Below, piece after piece: positions 1 through 12,130 of a stretch of DNA of 64,000 bases (its first letter is position 1; each line of letters starts with the position of its first letter). The position numbers were made by a program, and so were the translations under genes. Below the pieces are notes generated by a model that saw nothing but the letters and a program-made list of their open reading frames with translations, did no database searches and had not been told where the DNA came from. Location: NCBI GenBank assembly GCA_008632985.1, contig QPGO01000033.1, forward strand, positions 558,001 to 622,000, written 5' to 3'. The DNA is from Psammoneis japonica (lineage: Eukaryota).

Positions 1-513
1 TACTACGCTGCGTAGAATCTACGCGTCAGATTACGACAAATTTGGTGTCCCGTTGAGGTGAAGTTTCGCGCATCGTCGATGGCGGCGATAGTTGTGACGC
101 GAACTTCATCGAAGCGCCTTGCTCCATGACTTCATACCGTTTCGGTGATTGCAAGAGAAGATCAGCAACGCGAATATAAAAGCACAACACTCTCCTGACG
201 TCTCGTACTATCTGGTTCTGGCGTTGAACCTGCGATTCGGCTTTACAGACCTCGTGTGTTCAAAACGGTATTTTTGCGACTTTTTTCGAAACCAGACGTG
301 TTGCAAGTTTCTCCGTACCGAAGTTCTACGCTAGGAGGCTTCTTCACACCAAACGAAAACGCAACAAAGACTTACGTTGCACTCTTTCGTAGCACTTTCG
401 AGCTAAGCCGCCGCCAGAGTCGATTATCGATAGCACAGCTCACTGCACGCATCACATTGCTGGTTGAATCGTCCCTCTACTAGTTGGAGAGTAGAACGAA
501 TCTCGCAGCAAGC

Positions 514-2088
514 ATGGCGGACGACCAGATACCACTGCAGCGATGGCTAGAGGAGGATGAGGTTGTGGAGGATGACAGTTCTGATCGGGGTGCTCTGGGG
601 ACTTTTGCTGTAGTAATGTCAAACATACTGCTCTTTCTGCTAATTTTCGGCTTGAGTGCCACGGTCGATATCGTGAACCTCAAAAAGCAAATGAAGAACA
701 AGTTTGCATTGGGAACTGGAGTGGCGATGCAGTTTATAATCATGCCGGTGTTAGGTTTCATAGCCGTCATGGTACTTAAGGAAGCGGGTCTAAGTCACGC
801 GATGGGGCTAACGCTTCTCGTGGTCACGTCGAGTCCAGGAGGCTCCTATTCCAATTGGTGGTGTTCCACGTTTAACGCCGATCTGGCACTTTCTGTTGCC
901 ATGACGGCGCTCTCTACAATACTGAGCGTCGGGCTACTACCAGCAAACTTGTTCCTCTATACACATTTAGTGTATGGATTGAGCGATAACGAAGAGGGGG
1001 AGGAAGACGTGATTGGAGCGCTCGACTTTGGTGCGCTATTCATGTCTTTGGGCGTTGTGATTGCAGCCATTTTGACCGGGTTGTTTGCTTCGTACAAGGT
1101 TAACAATGTTACATTTAACCTGTGGGCCAACAAGGGTGGGACAGTCGCGGGGATATTGCTAATTATCTTTTCTGCTGTGATTGGCAGCGGAGCTGGGGAC
1201 GAAGATAGTGGAGGCCTTTTCAGTCATCATTGGACCTTTTATGTTGGTGTGGCCTTTCCTTGCCTGGTGGGGCTCGCGCTAGCCAATCTTATTTCAAGAT
1301 GCTTTCGTCTGGCAAAGGCTGAAGTTGTGACTATATCGGTACGTGTTTCTGCTCGAGGTTTCTTTCTTGATACTTTGCTCGTAACTCACGAATGGCGTTT
1401 CGTTTTCTTTTACCTGTAGGTTGAATGCTGTTACCAAAATGTTGGTATCGCGACATCCGTGGCGATCAGCATGTTTGACGATCCTACAGAACGAGCCGAA
1501 GCGGTTGCTGTTCCGTTGTTTTACGGGATTGTGGAAGCAGTCGTTTTGGGGATTTACTGTGTGGTTGCTTGGAAAATTGGTTGGACCAAGGCACCAGCCG
1601 ATGAAAAGTTTTGTGTTGTCGTATCCAAGACTTACGAAGTTTCAGACGACGATGATGGGGAAGAAGAAGAAGAGGAAGGGTGTGACGAAGACGAGGATAT
1701 TGATGCGTCTGACGGAGAGGAGGATACTCCTCCAGAACCTGCTCTTGCAGACGAAGAGGAAGAGCCAACACATAATGGCTGGTTCCACTGGCTCTTTTCG
1801 CCCTTTCGTCGACGAAGAAAAGAACCTTCCGATGTGGAACATGATGAATATGAATTGGCAAAGGCCAAGGCAGAACCGACGAAGGACGTCGATCGCAAAC
1901 GTCTGGTCAGTGAAGACTACACAGCCAAAACATCTGATACAGAAATAAGTACCAGCAGCAGTGCTGCTGGTAGCCTTCATGCCGCCAACAGTGGAGCCGA
2001 TGTTGAGTTGTGTTTGGAAAGTATACAAGAAATCAGTGTGACGCCAGATGCACCATGTATAGCCTTGGACAAGGATGACGATGCATGA
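514..2088 (+). CDS. SLC10/BASS-family sodium:bile acid symporter-like membrane protein, 2 exons (514-1338, 1420-2088), ~497 aa, acidic C-terminal tail
   Basis: Motifs QFIIMP, SSPGGSYSNWW and DLALSVAMT. An 81-nt GT..AG intron at 1339-1419 (gtacgt donor, ctcac branch point, ctgtag acceptor) joins TIS to VECCYQNVGIA, matching the SLC10 E-x-x-x-QN motif. Confidence 0.9.
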
Positions 2089-2349
2089 CGTCTATTCTTT
2101 TTGTGAGTGAGAAAGAAATTTAATAAAATTATAAACACTTCGCACAGTTACTAGACTAGAAATATCTTCCGTCAGGTAAATCCAGAAAACTTGTCAGAAG
2201 ACACACGTCAACGCAACACCATGTCAAGACAGGCGCGAGCCGGGGTCCAGGTCGTAACTACCTTGTTAGGTGTAATCTTGCTCTTGTTTCATCAAACCAG
2301 CCTCTCTCTGCCGGTTCTAGCACTAGCTAGAGAAAAGTGGAAACCCCTC

Positions 2350-3720
2350 TCTAGAGGCAGGCCTGACACATTGGATGCTGCCACACATGAACACATCCAC
2401 AACCACACACATCTCCTGGACAACTTGTTTTAGATTGTTTGCGGCAAAGCGTTCTTTGAACCATGGTGACACCAAGACACAGCTTGTTCAGCTTGATTTC
2501 TGATGACAGCAGTGCTCCAGGAAACAGCGGCATTTGGCCAGAAAGAACTTTGCAGTGAGAAGCAATTTGGTGGTGTGGGACAAGGAAAAGAGGCAAAATG
2601 TGCAAAAGAAATGAGAAAGACAAAACAAAAAGCACATCAGCCACTGTTGCCAAAATGAAAGGCAGTTGAAGTGGAAAAAGTTGCTTTTCAGCTGTGGCAC
2701 CACAAAAGGATGAAGCAGCAGCAACAGGAGGCTTTTTTTCATCCACCAAGGCAACCCAAGGTTTTCAAGATCAAGTCAGCAAGATGTGGCAGATGCAAGT
2801 TGCTGTGCAAGTGGGATGTTGTGGCTTTGTCAGTGCATCAAAAGGGCACCCCCTTGTTGGCAAATGCATTTTGGGTGTGGCAAGCCCACCTTTTTGTTGT
2901 TGGCTGGTGTCGCTCAGTGGGATTTGTTGCCAGAGCATGTCAAAAAAATTCTGTTCTAGAACAAAGAAAGCCAAAGTCAAGCAGCCATGCAAAAGTGCAC
3001 AGCAAGCTGCTCATCTGAGTCCAGCAAGGTCAAACTTTTGCAGCGTGCACGGCGGCTGTTTTGCCATGACAAAGTTTTTGATGGAGCCAAAGAGCTTGTG
3101 AGATCACTGGGATGCCACATGTTCAAGATCCATTCATTGTTGGAAAATCCGTCAATGCCAAATCTTGGGCTCACAGGTGGTTTAGTTGATGAGTTTTTGC
3201 AAGCTGAGAAGATGTTGGGGCGCGGCCGCCACTGTCAAGAAGAGGAACATCATGAGAAAAGAAGGAAAAGCAGCTGCTAGAAGAAGAACAGAAAAGATGG
3301 CAACATGGGCATGTTCAGAGAAAAGAGCAGGTTGGCTGTGATTTTGAAACATTCCCAGTGCCGCCAGAGCCCACTGGAGAGAGCGACAAAACCTGTGAGG
3401 GCTTGGGCACACAAAAAGCAAATGGGGGGGGACGTTGACAGCACACCACAAGCAACAATCCACACAACAGCACACCAAATTGAAATGGCTCAGCTCCTCT
3501 CATTTGGCACTGCCAACGTCACTCTTGTTGACTGCCCTTGTTGGCTCATCCTCCCAGACCTGCTTTGTGTGTCATTCACTTTGGGCTGGGTTGGCAGAAC
3601 ACCCAAACAAGAGAGGTGAAAAGAACTCCTTTGCAAAACAAGAGAAGTGCGTTGAAAAACGCCAGATCAGCACACATGGAAATGTTGAAGAGCCCTCATT
3701 TTTAATCTCAGAGAAGCAAT
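2350..3720. mobile_element. Degenerate TpA-depleted island between host genes, probably a TE relic of unidentified family
   Basis: Only about 4 internal TpA in ~1.35 kb (tttag twice, ctag, tttaa), while the flanks are normal. Broken Cys/His-rich frames; no termini recognised. Confidence 0.5.
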
Positions 3721-4307
3721 AGAAGCAATCGCACATCATTTTTCTTTGTGCACGTCCGCCCTGTTCTCCCGCGACCCGCGACTTGTCCTCCCGCGATCCG
3801 CTTCTCCCGCAAAACACTTTGTGAACATTGAGTAATATTCATATTTATATATTAAATTACAATAACATGCACGAATAAAAATATATGTTCGCGACCAGGA
3901 AACGCGAACGGCAGGTTGGTGTCAAATTCGCCATCTGCCATCATTTCAGTCACAACATCATCTCGCTCGCACAAAAACCCGACTGCCTCCAACGGTAGCC
4001 ATCCCATTCCTATTGATAAACGCCTCTCTTACAAATCACGAGTGTAAGTGAGAAGACTTTCAAATCGTCAACAAAATCCTTCTCTCGTTGTCCGTTCTCG
4101 CTCTGGATTGCACCGTCTTGTTGATGGCATTGCGCGCAGTTACACGAACGAATCTCGCGCGCGAGCAAAACTGCAGCAACGTAATGATGACGTGGACTCC
4201 TTTAAATGTGATTACGTCATCGTTTTGTTATTGTTTTTATGAACAACTTTGTGACTGGATACACTGTTTTCTAACGCTATCACGATTTATGTATGATTTC
4301 CGTTAGA

Positions 4308-5657
4308 ATGATATTTTTGGAAAACTACAGACCTAAATATCCGAATAAAAAGCTGAATCTCGCCCACGTTGTTGAGGAGTCGACGCCTACTCAGCAAAAT
4401 GACAAAGACTCCTCTGCAAGACCCGCGGCACTGACTACTCCACGCCGTAACACCGCAACAACAAGCATGAAAAGTAGCATGTTGGAGTCTAGAAGCATGC
4501 CAATGATATCAGGTGACTCGGAGAAGCAGCTGGAATTGCTGCAGACGTGTATGCTGGACTCTTCCGAAACGGACGCTCGACCTCCAGCGATCGGTCGGTG
4601 CTCCTCCTCTTCGTCGCTGTCGGAAGCGCAAAACGAGAGCTGCGCTGTTGATAATTCCTATTGCGTAGTGGCAGAGGCGAGATCTCTGGCTTCTACTAGT
4701 GCTTTAGGAGAACCTTCTGCTGTTCAACTCGGTACTTCTTACAACATGACGCTAAGACGGTCCCGGTCTTACAGCGATGATCGTATGCAGCCTCCACGTG
4801 ACGGTCCACCCGAAGCACCACCTTCACCGAGTTTTGGACTCAGGATGAAAACTTCGATTCACCGTAGCAAAAAGAAACTTGGAGAAATGCGACAACGATT
4901 TCCTTCTCGTAAGGACCGCAGCAAGTGGCTCATCCCCGCCGATCATCCGTTGAAGGTAGCGTGGGACATGCTTACAGTCATTCTATCCTGTCTCGGAGCG
5001 TATGCGACACACGCTAGTATTCGCGACCGATCGTTTCAGAGATCTGGCTTTGTTTTCTTTTGCGAAATGTGGTTCTTGGTTGACATTTTGCTCAACTTTG
5101 TAACGGAGCACAAGACGTTTGACGGAAAACTCATTCGCGATGGAAAAACAGTATGGGCGCGATATCTCACGACATGGTTCTTTGTGGACGCCATTAGTCT
5201 AGTTCCATGGGAGTCGCTCTATGTCAAGCCAATTATTGACATGCAGAACAGAAGGAATGTCTTTAAGAAATTTTTCTTTCGGTCACGTGCCGTTGTTCGA
5301 GTGACCCGAGTGCTTCGAGGAAGACACCTTCGTCTCTTTGGTCAAGTGGCGTCTCATACAAAGCATGCCGGTGTTGGTGCAAAGCGATTACTAAGGCTTA
5401 CTATCAAGTATGTCCCCAAGTATCTTTTGTTTTACCGGAACATGAAGGCCGTCTTGGCAGTAAGAACGTTGCGACAAGTGCATTGGTTTCGAAAGGTCAT
5501 GAAGAGTTTCCTACCCCGAAAGGAAGATGACGACGCGTACTCTTTGACGGAAGAAGGAGAAGAAGAGGAGATTTTTGATCATTATGAAGAAGACATTGAC
5601 GACGATGTTTATGTTTTCGAGTACAAGGGCATTGCATCTGAAAAGAAATTCCAATAG
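4308..5657 (+). CDS. Protein with a KCNH/CNG/HCN-type S1-S4 voltage-sensor-like region and no pore or CNBD; start uncertain (possible upstream intron ending at 4306)
   Basis: WLIPADHPLKVAWD (pre-S1/S1), FLVDILLNFVT (S2), RYLTTWFFVDAISLVPWE (S3) and Arg-rich RAVVRVTRVLRGRHLRLF (S4-like). A ctaac branch point at 4271 and ttag acceptor at 4303-4306 lie upstream. Confidence 0.75.
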   Translation: MIFLENYRPKYPNKKLNLAHVVEESTPTQQNDKDSSARPAALTTPRRNTATTSMKSSMLESRSMPMISGDSEKQLELLQTCMLDSSETDARPPAIGRCSSSSSLSEAQNESCAVDNSYCVVAEARSLASTSALGEPSAVQLGTSYNMTLRRSRSYSDDRMQPPRDGPPEAPPSPSFGLRMKTSIHRSKKKLGEMRQRFPSRKDRSKWLIPADHPLKVAWDMLTVILSCLGAYATHASIRDRSFQRSGFVFFCEMWFLVDILLNFVTEHKTFDGKLIRDGKTVWARYLTTWFFVDAISLVPWESLYVKPIIDMQNRRNVFKKFFFRSRAVVRVTRVLRGRHLRLFGQVASHTKHAGVGAKRLLRLTIKYVPKYLLFYRNMKAVLAVRTLRQVHWFRKVMKSFLPRKEDDDAYSLTEEGEEEEIFDHYEEDIDDDVYVFEYKGIASEKKFQ

Positions 5658-6027
5658 CGTGGTCAAAATCGCTCGACTCTTGACTGAATCGTTTTTGGTT
5701 TGGAACTAGAAACTGTTTTCAGTCGCACTTTGGCTACTTGATAAACTTACTAATAGATGTCCAATCACTACTGTAACTCTAGCTTAGACTGCTATGGGAA
5801 ACACTCTTAGGTTAGGGCCCTACACTCTATGTACCTATGGTAGACTGCTCCTCCAATTTTTTGGCCGTCCGTGCGTTGGACTTACCATCCGCACTCAATG
5901 GCGCGCGTGACGTCGCGCAATCGCCATGCAGGTTTTCCCGCGGATCTTTTTCTTGCGCCGCCACCTCATCCATGCTCGTGCTCTCACTTTTTCATCGGCA
6001 TCCGAATATTTCATCGGAAGAAGAACC

Positions 6028-7683
6028 ATGTTGGCCTCCAACGTGCTTACGGCTCGTTGTTGTCTCTTACGACAAAATGCCGTTCCATATTCTTATTGTA
6101 AGCCGAGTTTCGTTCGCAGCCATAGCACCGCTGTTTCAGCTTCCGCAACGACAGCAACCTCATCCGTTGCGTCTGCTGAAACTCCCGAGCCCCAACTGGT
6201 CCAGGTTCCGTCTCTTCCTATCCTTGGTTCTTCTCTTCCTATCCACTCTGGAATGCCCAAGCTGAAACAAACTTCTGTTTATGAGTTTTGGCCCGAAATG
6301 AAACGTCGCTTTGGAAACTTTTATTCGTTTGGAATGCCCGGTCTCGGGAAGGGCCTCCACGGCACGTGTCACGTCATTCAAGACCCGCACGAAATGGCAA
6401 AGATTCTTAGACGGGAGGGGAAGTTTCCTTCAGGAGCAGCCGAGTTCTCGTGGGCTTTTTCAAAATTCTTTGAAGATCGCAACATGAGCGTCGGAGGTAT
6501 TGTGAAGAACGGGCCTGAATGGAAACGAATTCGTAACTTCATACAGACGGATCTATTGACTCCTGCATCTGCCGCCCGATACCTGCCGTTGGTCATTGAA
6601 GCTGCGCCAGGAATTTCTCGTGGAGCTCCACAGTACAGCCAGAATCTCAACCACTTTCTCAACTTGGCTTCGTTTGACATGTTTTCGAACATCATGTTGG
6701 GACAAAAGACTCGCATTACAGATCCCGAACACCAGTCAGACCCGGAAGATGAACTCTTTTGCTCCAGCGTGGCGGAAGCGCTCCGTATCAATAGCGAAAT
6801 GATGCAAACGGCGTATCATGCCATTATGGCCAAAGTTTTGGGTGTTGAAACTTCTTTGTACAAGCAGTTTGCCGCCCACTGGGATGCAGCTCAAGCCATT
6901 GGGGATAAAAAGATTGACGCTTTGGTTGATAAGCGCAACAGCACTACTTCCAACACACTGACGCCCAACGAGGAGGCTTGTTATGCCAACCAAGCCTTTG
7001 CTCGAAGTGAAACGGATGACAAAGTAACGCTAGACGAAGCAAAGACCATCATTTCTGGCCTCTTATCTGCTGGTGTTGATACTACCGGAGGAATGTTGAG
7101 CTGGAAATTATTGCACTTGGCTACTAGTCCAAAAGCTCAAGAGAAAATCTATCAAGAACTGATGCGGAACGGTGGAAAGATAACTCCGGAATCGGTGAGC
7201 GCCACTAAGGCTCCGTATCTACACGCTTGCTTGCGCGAATCCCATCGCTTGGCCAATCCCAACGTTATGATTCCCTTGAAACGAATTCCCACCGAAGTGA
7301 CAGTCCATGGAGTACCGCTTCCACCCGACAGCGTCATTCTTTTGGATGGGTATTCCACTGGCGTGGATCCCAATCTCGTACAAGACCCCTTGGAGTTTCG
7401 TCCTTCGCGATTCTTATCCGATGCCGTGGCGGCGCGCAAGGGAACGCCATCCGAAAAGGTGGATCACGTTTTCTTTTCAGGACCCTTTTCCCAAGGGGCG
7501 CGCAAATGCCCCGGAAGCCGTGTGGCCAACTTAGAAGCAGCTGTGATTGTGGCGCAACTCGTATTGGATTGGGAAATTGCGGTGCCAAGCATTGACCATT
7601 GGACCGATGTATCGTACGATCTGCAAACCGTCACGACGGCCCAGTTACCTCCGATGGAATTCACTCCCCGTCGTGGTTTTTAG
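6028..7683 (+). CDS. Cytochrome P450, intronless, with a probable N-terminal mitochondrial-type transit peptide (alternative ATG at 5926)
   Basis: WKRIR (C helix), AGVDTT (I helix), ESHR (ExxR), FRPSRF (PERF) and FSQGARKCPG (heme cysteine). Confidence 0.95.
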   Translation: MLASNVLTARCCLLRQNAVPYSYCKPSFVRSHSTAVSASATTATSSVASAETPEPQLVQVPSLPILGSSLPIHSGMPKLKQTSVYEFWPEMKRRFGNFYSFGMPGLGKGLHGTCHVIQDPHEMAKILRREGKFPSGAAEFSWAFSKFFEDRNMSVGGIVKNGPEWKRIRNFIQTDLLTPASAARYLPLVIEAAPGISRGAPQYSQNLNHFLNLASFDMFSNIMLGQKTRITDPEHQSDPEDELFCSSVAEALRINSEMMQTAYHAIMAKVLGVETSLYKQFAAHWDAAQAIGDKKIDALVDKRNSTTSNTLTPNEEACYANQAFARSETDDKVTLDEAKTIISGLLSAGVDTTGGMLSWKLLHLATSPKAQEKIYQELMRNGGKITPESVSATKAPYLHACLRESHRLANPNVMIPLKRIPTEVTVHGVPLPPDSVILLDGYSTGVDPNLVQDPLEFRPSRFLSDAVAARKGTPSEKVDHVFFSGPFSQGARKCPGSRVANLEAAVIVAQLVLDWEIAVPSIDHWTDVSYDLQTVTTAQLPPMEFTPRRGF

Positions 7684-8879
7684 AAGAAAGATTGATACGA
7701 TGAGCGATATCTTTGTTTTTAAACGCACGTTGCGCAATTCAATTATGATACGAACAACTGTTTTTATTTTAACGCATTATGAATGGTTGGGTCGCTTAGC
7801 TCTTGCTTTCTTGTTTTCAGTTTTCAGGCTTTGTAAAACGAAGTGCAGCAGATCCTTCAAGTTCCAAAGATGCCATTCTTGAAGCTGCTTCACGCTCACG
7901 GTGAATGACACTGTCAGCAGCGACTTGTTTGCATTCAGTCTGAGCCGCTTGTCAGCAACTTGCCATTCCTCAAATGTGTCGGGTGGGATGAGTGTGCCAC
8001 ATGACTTGGAGCGCATCTCCCTTGTTTGAGACACATGATCCATTCTGGCATGCATTGTGGAAATGGAGTGGGACAGAGTCTGCATCCAATGCATGCAGAT
8101 CTGCCAACTTTGCTGGCCAGGCGGGCGCCCCATGTTTGTGGCACCTCTTGGTGGCTGCATTTGGTGGAAATTGTAAGATGTCACAATCCAGAGCCATTCC
8201 GCCAATCAGTGGTCTGGAGAGTCAAGTTCCAGAAGATCACCAGAGTGCTCTGAAATCAATTGACTGTCCAACACAGGCCCAATGGCATCCAGACAGGCTG
8301 TGACCTGCAGTTTGGAGGAAGATTGAAATCTCAGAAGCAGGGAGGCTTTCAGAAGAACAACTGATGGATTGCCAAACAAGGAGGAAGCTGTGTCAAAATC
8401 CTCAAAGAACACATGATGATCAGAGGTGACCCAACAACCAAAGGCCTTGCAACAACAATGTTGTGCTGCATCAAGGTGCTCCATTGGAGGTCCACACATT
8501 CCACCCAGGGTCATGCCGCAGGTGGGACAACTGACTTTTGACCGATCCCACAGATGGTCAATGTCTTCCTTGTCAAGGGGAAGCCCAAAATCATTTCCAC
8601 TTGACAATTCACAGTGTCGCCCTTTCTGCAACATCTGAGTCCATGAGTTGATGCACATGTCCTGACAATTCACAAACGCTCCTTGGTTTTGTGTGCTTTC
8701 TTTGCTCATTTGTGTGACACTGTGCCCTTGTCAACAAATCATGATTCCTTGGCAAGCAGATTTGTGGTTGTTTGAGACACTCTGCTCACCACAACCATTG
8801 GCCACAGGTTTGATTCACCCACATGTGTCAGAATTCTTGTCTGACATCACAAACAGCTTGCGCAACCATCATGCTTTCT

Positions 8880-11130
8880 TTCTTTTTTTCTTTGTTTCTG
8901 GCAGCAAATGATGGCTCACTTGCATTTGTGGAGCTTTTTGCCTTGGTCATGAAGCTCCCCAACATGTCATCTGTTGGACAGTGCTGTGCAGCTGCCTTTC
9001 TCAATCTGATCTGTTGCAAAAAAATGGATGTTGAGTGCCCTGCACTTTCCCTGTGCTCTTTTGTGCCCATTTGTCTCTGACTGGTGCTTTTGTTGTCCTG
9101 ACATGGGACATTCCTGTCAATTCGGTGATGAACAACTTGGTCCACAGAGTGCCATGGTCATCACATCATCAACTCCAAGCCATTTGGCCTCAGCACTGCT
9201 TTGAACATCCAGCTTCTGGCACTTGGAAAAGGCTTGCACTGCGTCATCACCCATGGTCATTGCACCTCCAGTGTGGCTCTTGATGTCTGGGTGCACCACA
9301 AATGATGCACCCACATGCCACTTCATGACTTGGAGGTTGTCAAACTCAGTGCAGCAACTTCATTTCTTGTCCAGCTCAGGCACTTGACAAATGAACTGGC
9401 TTCCCCCAATCCTTGTTGGTGGGATCTCTCAATCTTGCAAACAGTGCTGCAATTGCAGGGTGTGCATCCACGCAGCCTCTCTTGGATGGGAGCTGTCCCT
9501 TGCAACCCATGCGCGGAACATCTGTGCCTTCTTGGCTGGCAATCTGGTGCCGCCTGCCTGTGTCAAGTGGCTTCTCTCCTGCTGGCATTCTTGTGGCAGT
9601 GTCAGTGCTCTTGATCTTCTCTGGGAACTGGCCAATCAAATTGTGCATGTGCAGCTGGTTGTGTCAATTTTCGCCTTGCCTTTTTTGCTGAAATCCAGGG
9701 TGGTCATCCCCAGGTGGTTGCGCCACTTTCCTTGAGTGGCAACAACTTTGCCATGGCTCCCATGCATTTTCTTGTTGAGCCAACTCAGGAATTTGTTGTC
9801 AATCTTGGGGTTGTTGTGGCTTGACAGCAGGCTGTCTACATGATGGCACAGTGTCCACCCTTTAGAACATTGCAGTGGGGTCAGAGGCAGATGTTGTTGA
9901 TGCCACACACATCTGCAGTGTTCAATGGGTTGGGTTCAGCATGGGATGGGAGACAAACTCTCTGAAACAGAGCTCAAAATGTTTGTCATGGGCAAGGTTC
10001 CTTTGTTGCACAACAGTGTGTGGGCTGTGCATGTCTGATGTTCCCTCCTTTTGTCCATGCACACTGACACGACAGTGTTCTTGATTGCAGTGCACTTGCA
10101 CATCAACTTGGGCATTGTCTTTTGTCCAGTGGGTGGCGCACAGTTGCCCAAGTTTGCGCTTCAACAGTCTGGATGTTCTTTTCAACTTTGAGAACATGGT
10201 CGTTGGCATCTGTGGACATTGGCTCTGGGTTTGTGCACCATCCACAATGGCTGCCAGCATGTCCTTGCACTCTGGGCCACTCTCCATGAAATCAATCTTG
10301 AGCGCAGCTGTGTTGTGCTGTTGCAGGATCATGTCCAATGCCTCTCGCACATTGGCGTGGTTCTTGGACTTTAGCTTCACACTTGATTGGCACTCAATCA
10401 TCTTGTCTGTCACATGCAGTGTCTTCACTCTGCACACATCTGCCATGTCAATGCAGAACATTGTGCTTTCTCTCTGCTTCTCACAGATTTCAGGCGGCAA
10501 TGCCACAATGTCATTCCTGTTTTTGGGAACAGTGCACATGCTGGACATTTCCTTTCAGTGCATCTGTCAGTGGTCTCCACATGCCCGCCATTCTGTCCAC
10601 ATCTTCAGGTGCAATGGTCAGATTCTTCATCTGTTTTGATCACAAAAACAGTTTGAAATCCTTCACACTTGGGACTGCAGCTTTGCAATGTGGCTTGAGT
10701 GCTTTCTCAGCATCAGCTGCCTCTGCCTCTCTCACAGTGGCCCTTGATTCTGCTCCACTGTGAAAATTGTTGCTCTGGATGAGCCCCTGCACTTCTTCTT
10801 GGCAGCTTTCTTCTCATCCTTCCACAGCATGCTTGCATGCTCTTTGTGCTCTTGCAGCTCTTTGGCAAATGCAATGAATCTCTGACTCAGCGCAAACACA
10901 CACAGTTCTTCAATGATGTCAACCTTGAACACTGCAACCTTGTCCCCTGCCTTTTTTTGTGCAGCAGCCATCTGCCACTTGGTTGTCACAAGTCACGTGC
11001 AGCGCTTGTTCTTCACATCCTTTGAACCAAGGACATTCACTGTTGCATTGTCTGATCCAAGCTCAAGCATTGGAATCCCAGCACTGTGCAGTTTTTGTCT
11101 GGGGCATCAACACCTGCATCAGTTGACAGG
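8880..11130 (-). mobile_element. Degenerate Ty1/copia (CoDi-like) pol fragment, here family D: integrase, RT and RNase H with large internal deletions
   Basis: RNase H WHVGASFVVHPDIKSHTGG..KCQKLDVQSSAEA (9117-9326); RT HHVDSLLSSH..HLGMTTLDFSKKGK (9640-9850); integrase-region APEDVD..ALKG and FCIDM. Confidence 0.8.
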
Positions 11131-11244
11131 TCAATCTTGATCCTTGGCTGCCGTGCATTGGCAGGTGCAGCTGGTGGTTGCCGTTTGATGCAGGTGGTGG
11201 TTGCAGTCAGAGGTTGCAGTTGGTGGTTGCTGTTCTGTGTGTGA

Positions 11245-11542
11245 TGTTCTACAAAGTTGTTTCATGCTCCCCATTTTGCAAAGCCAAAGGCTTTCTGCTT
11301 TCAACATTTGTGAGAATGAAAACACTCTGGGGACACATTCTTTGATGTCTGCAGAATGCACCCGGGCAAACCATTGACTGTGTGCTGCAAGTGTGAAGGA
11401 GGAGATGCACTCACAAAATTGCCTCTTTTTCTGTTGGCGATCATTCATGCTTTCATCACTTGACAAATTTGCTGCAGAACTTGCACATGGAATTCTGCAG
11501 GCCCAATGTCACACGGAGTCCCGCCTGGGACTGGAGCCTGTC
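11245..11542 (-). mobile_element. Truncated copy of the GACG-TIR MITE family (one TIR only)
   Basis: Similar to 39170-39299 and to the reverse complement of parts of 48759-49714; ends in the TIR tcccgcctgggactggagcctgtc. Confidence 0.7.
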
Positions 11543-12130
11543 TGCCGTTGCCAATCATCAAAAGCTGCTGGAAGAGCTGCACTCCTTGAGCCTGGCTGTG
11601 CCCGGATCTCAGGGCCTTGTCTCAGCACTCCAAGAAAATCTCCGACATGCACTGCGCTGGACTCCAGGGTCTGAACATCTGCCAATGCTCACTCGGCGTT
11701 AGATGATTTTTGAGATCTGGAGCCCACCCTCGACACCCAACCTGCTTGCATGCAGGAACCAGCCCCACTCAAGCCAACCATCACAGGTTGTCATGGTTGG
11801 CTTGAGCAGCACCTCAAAAATGGGTGTCGGGTTTTGTTTTCATCACAGGTTGTCATGACGCTGCTGCTGGACACAGTGCCGGCAGCATTCTTCTCCCAAC
11901 AAGTGCCGCCGCTCCTGGAGCCACCAAGCTCTGATTCAGCAACTGCTGCGGATGTCAACAGTGTGATGCAGGCCCAGTCATGTGGCGGCTCCCCTTCCCA
12001 AAAAGCATCAGCTGTCGACTGGCCACATGCTCCAACCCACAAGGCCCCATCACTGACACCAACCTCAAACTTGTGGGCAGCGTCCTCCAATCCTGCAGTG
12101 CTGAAGACTGTTTCAACATCCGTGAACCAG
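11543..12130 (+). mobile_element. DIRS/Ngaro-like (tyrosine-recombinase retrotransposon) RT-RNase H fragment, degenerate
   Basis: QKLLEELHSLSLAVPGSQGLVSALQE and WRLPFPKSISCRLATCSNPQGPITDTNLKLVG resemble the RT/RNase H region of YR elements (recognised from memory of the family). Confidence 0.55.

Noticed and set aside
149..483. Short ORFs upstream of the SLC10-like gene
   Set aside because: Non-ATG starts and no recognisable motifs; more likely promoter or 5' UTR sequence.
2318..2356. Helitron terminus at the CTAG cluster left of the island
   Set aside because: There is no GC-rich subterminal hairpin or matching opposite end, so support is insufficient.
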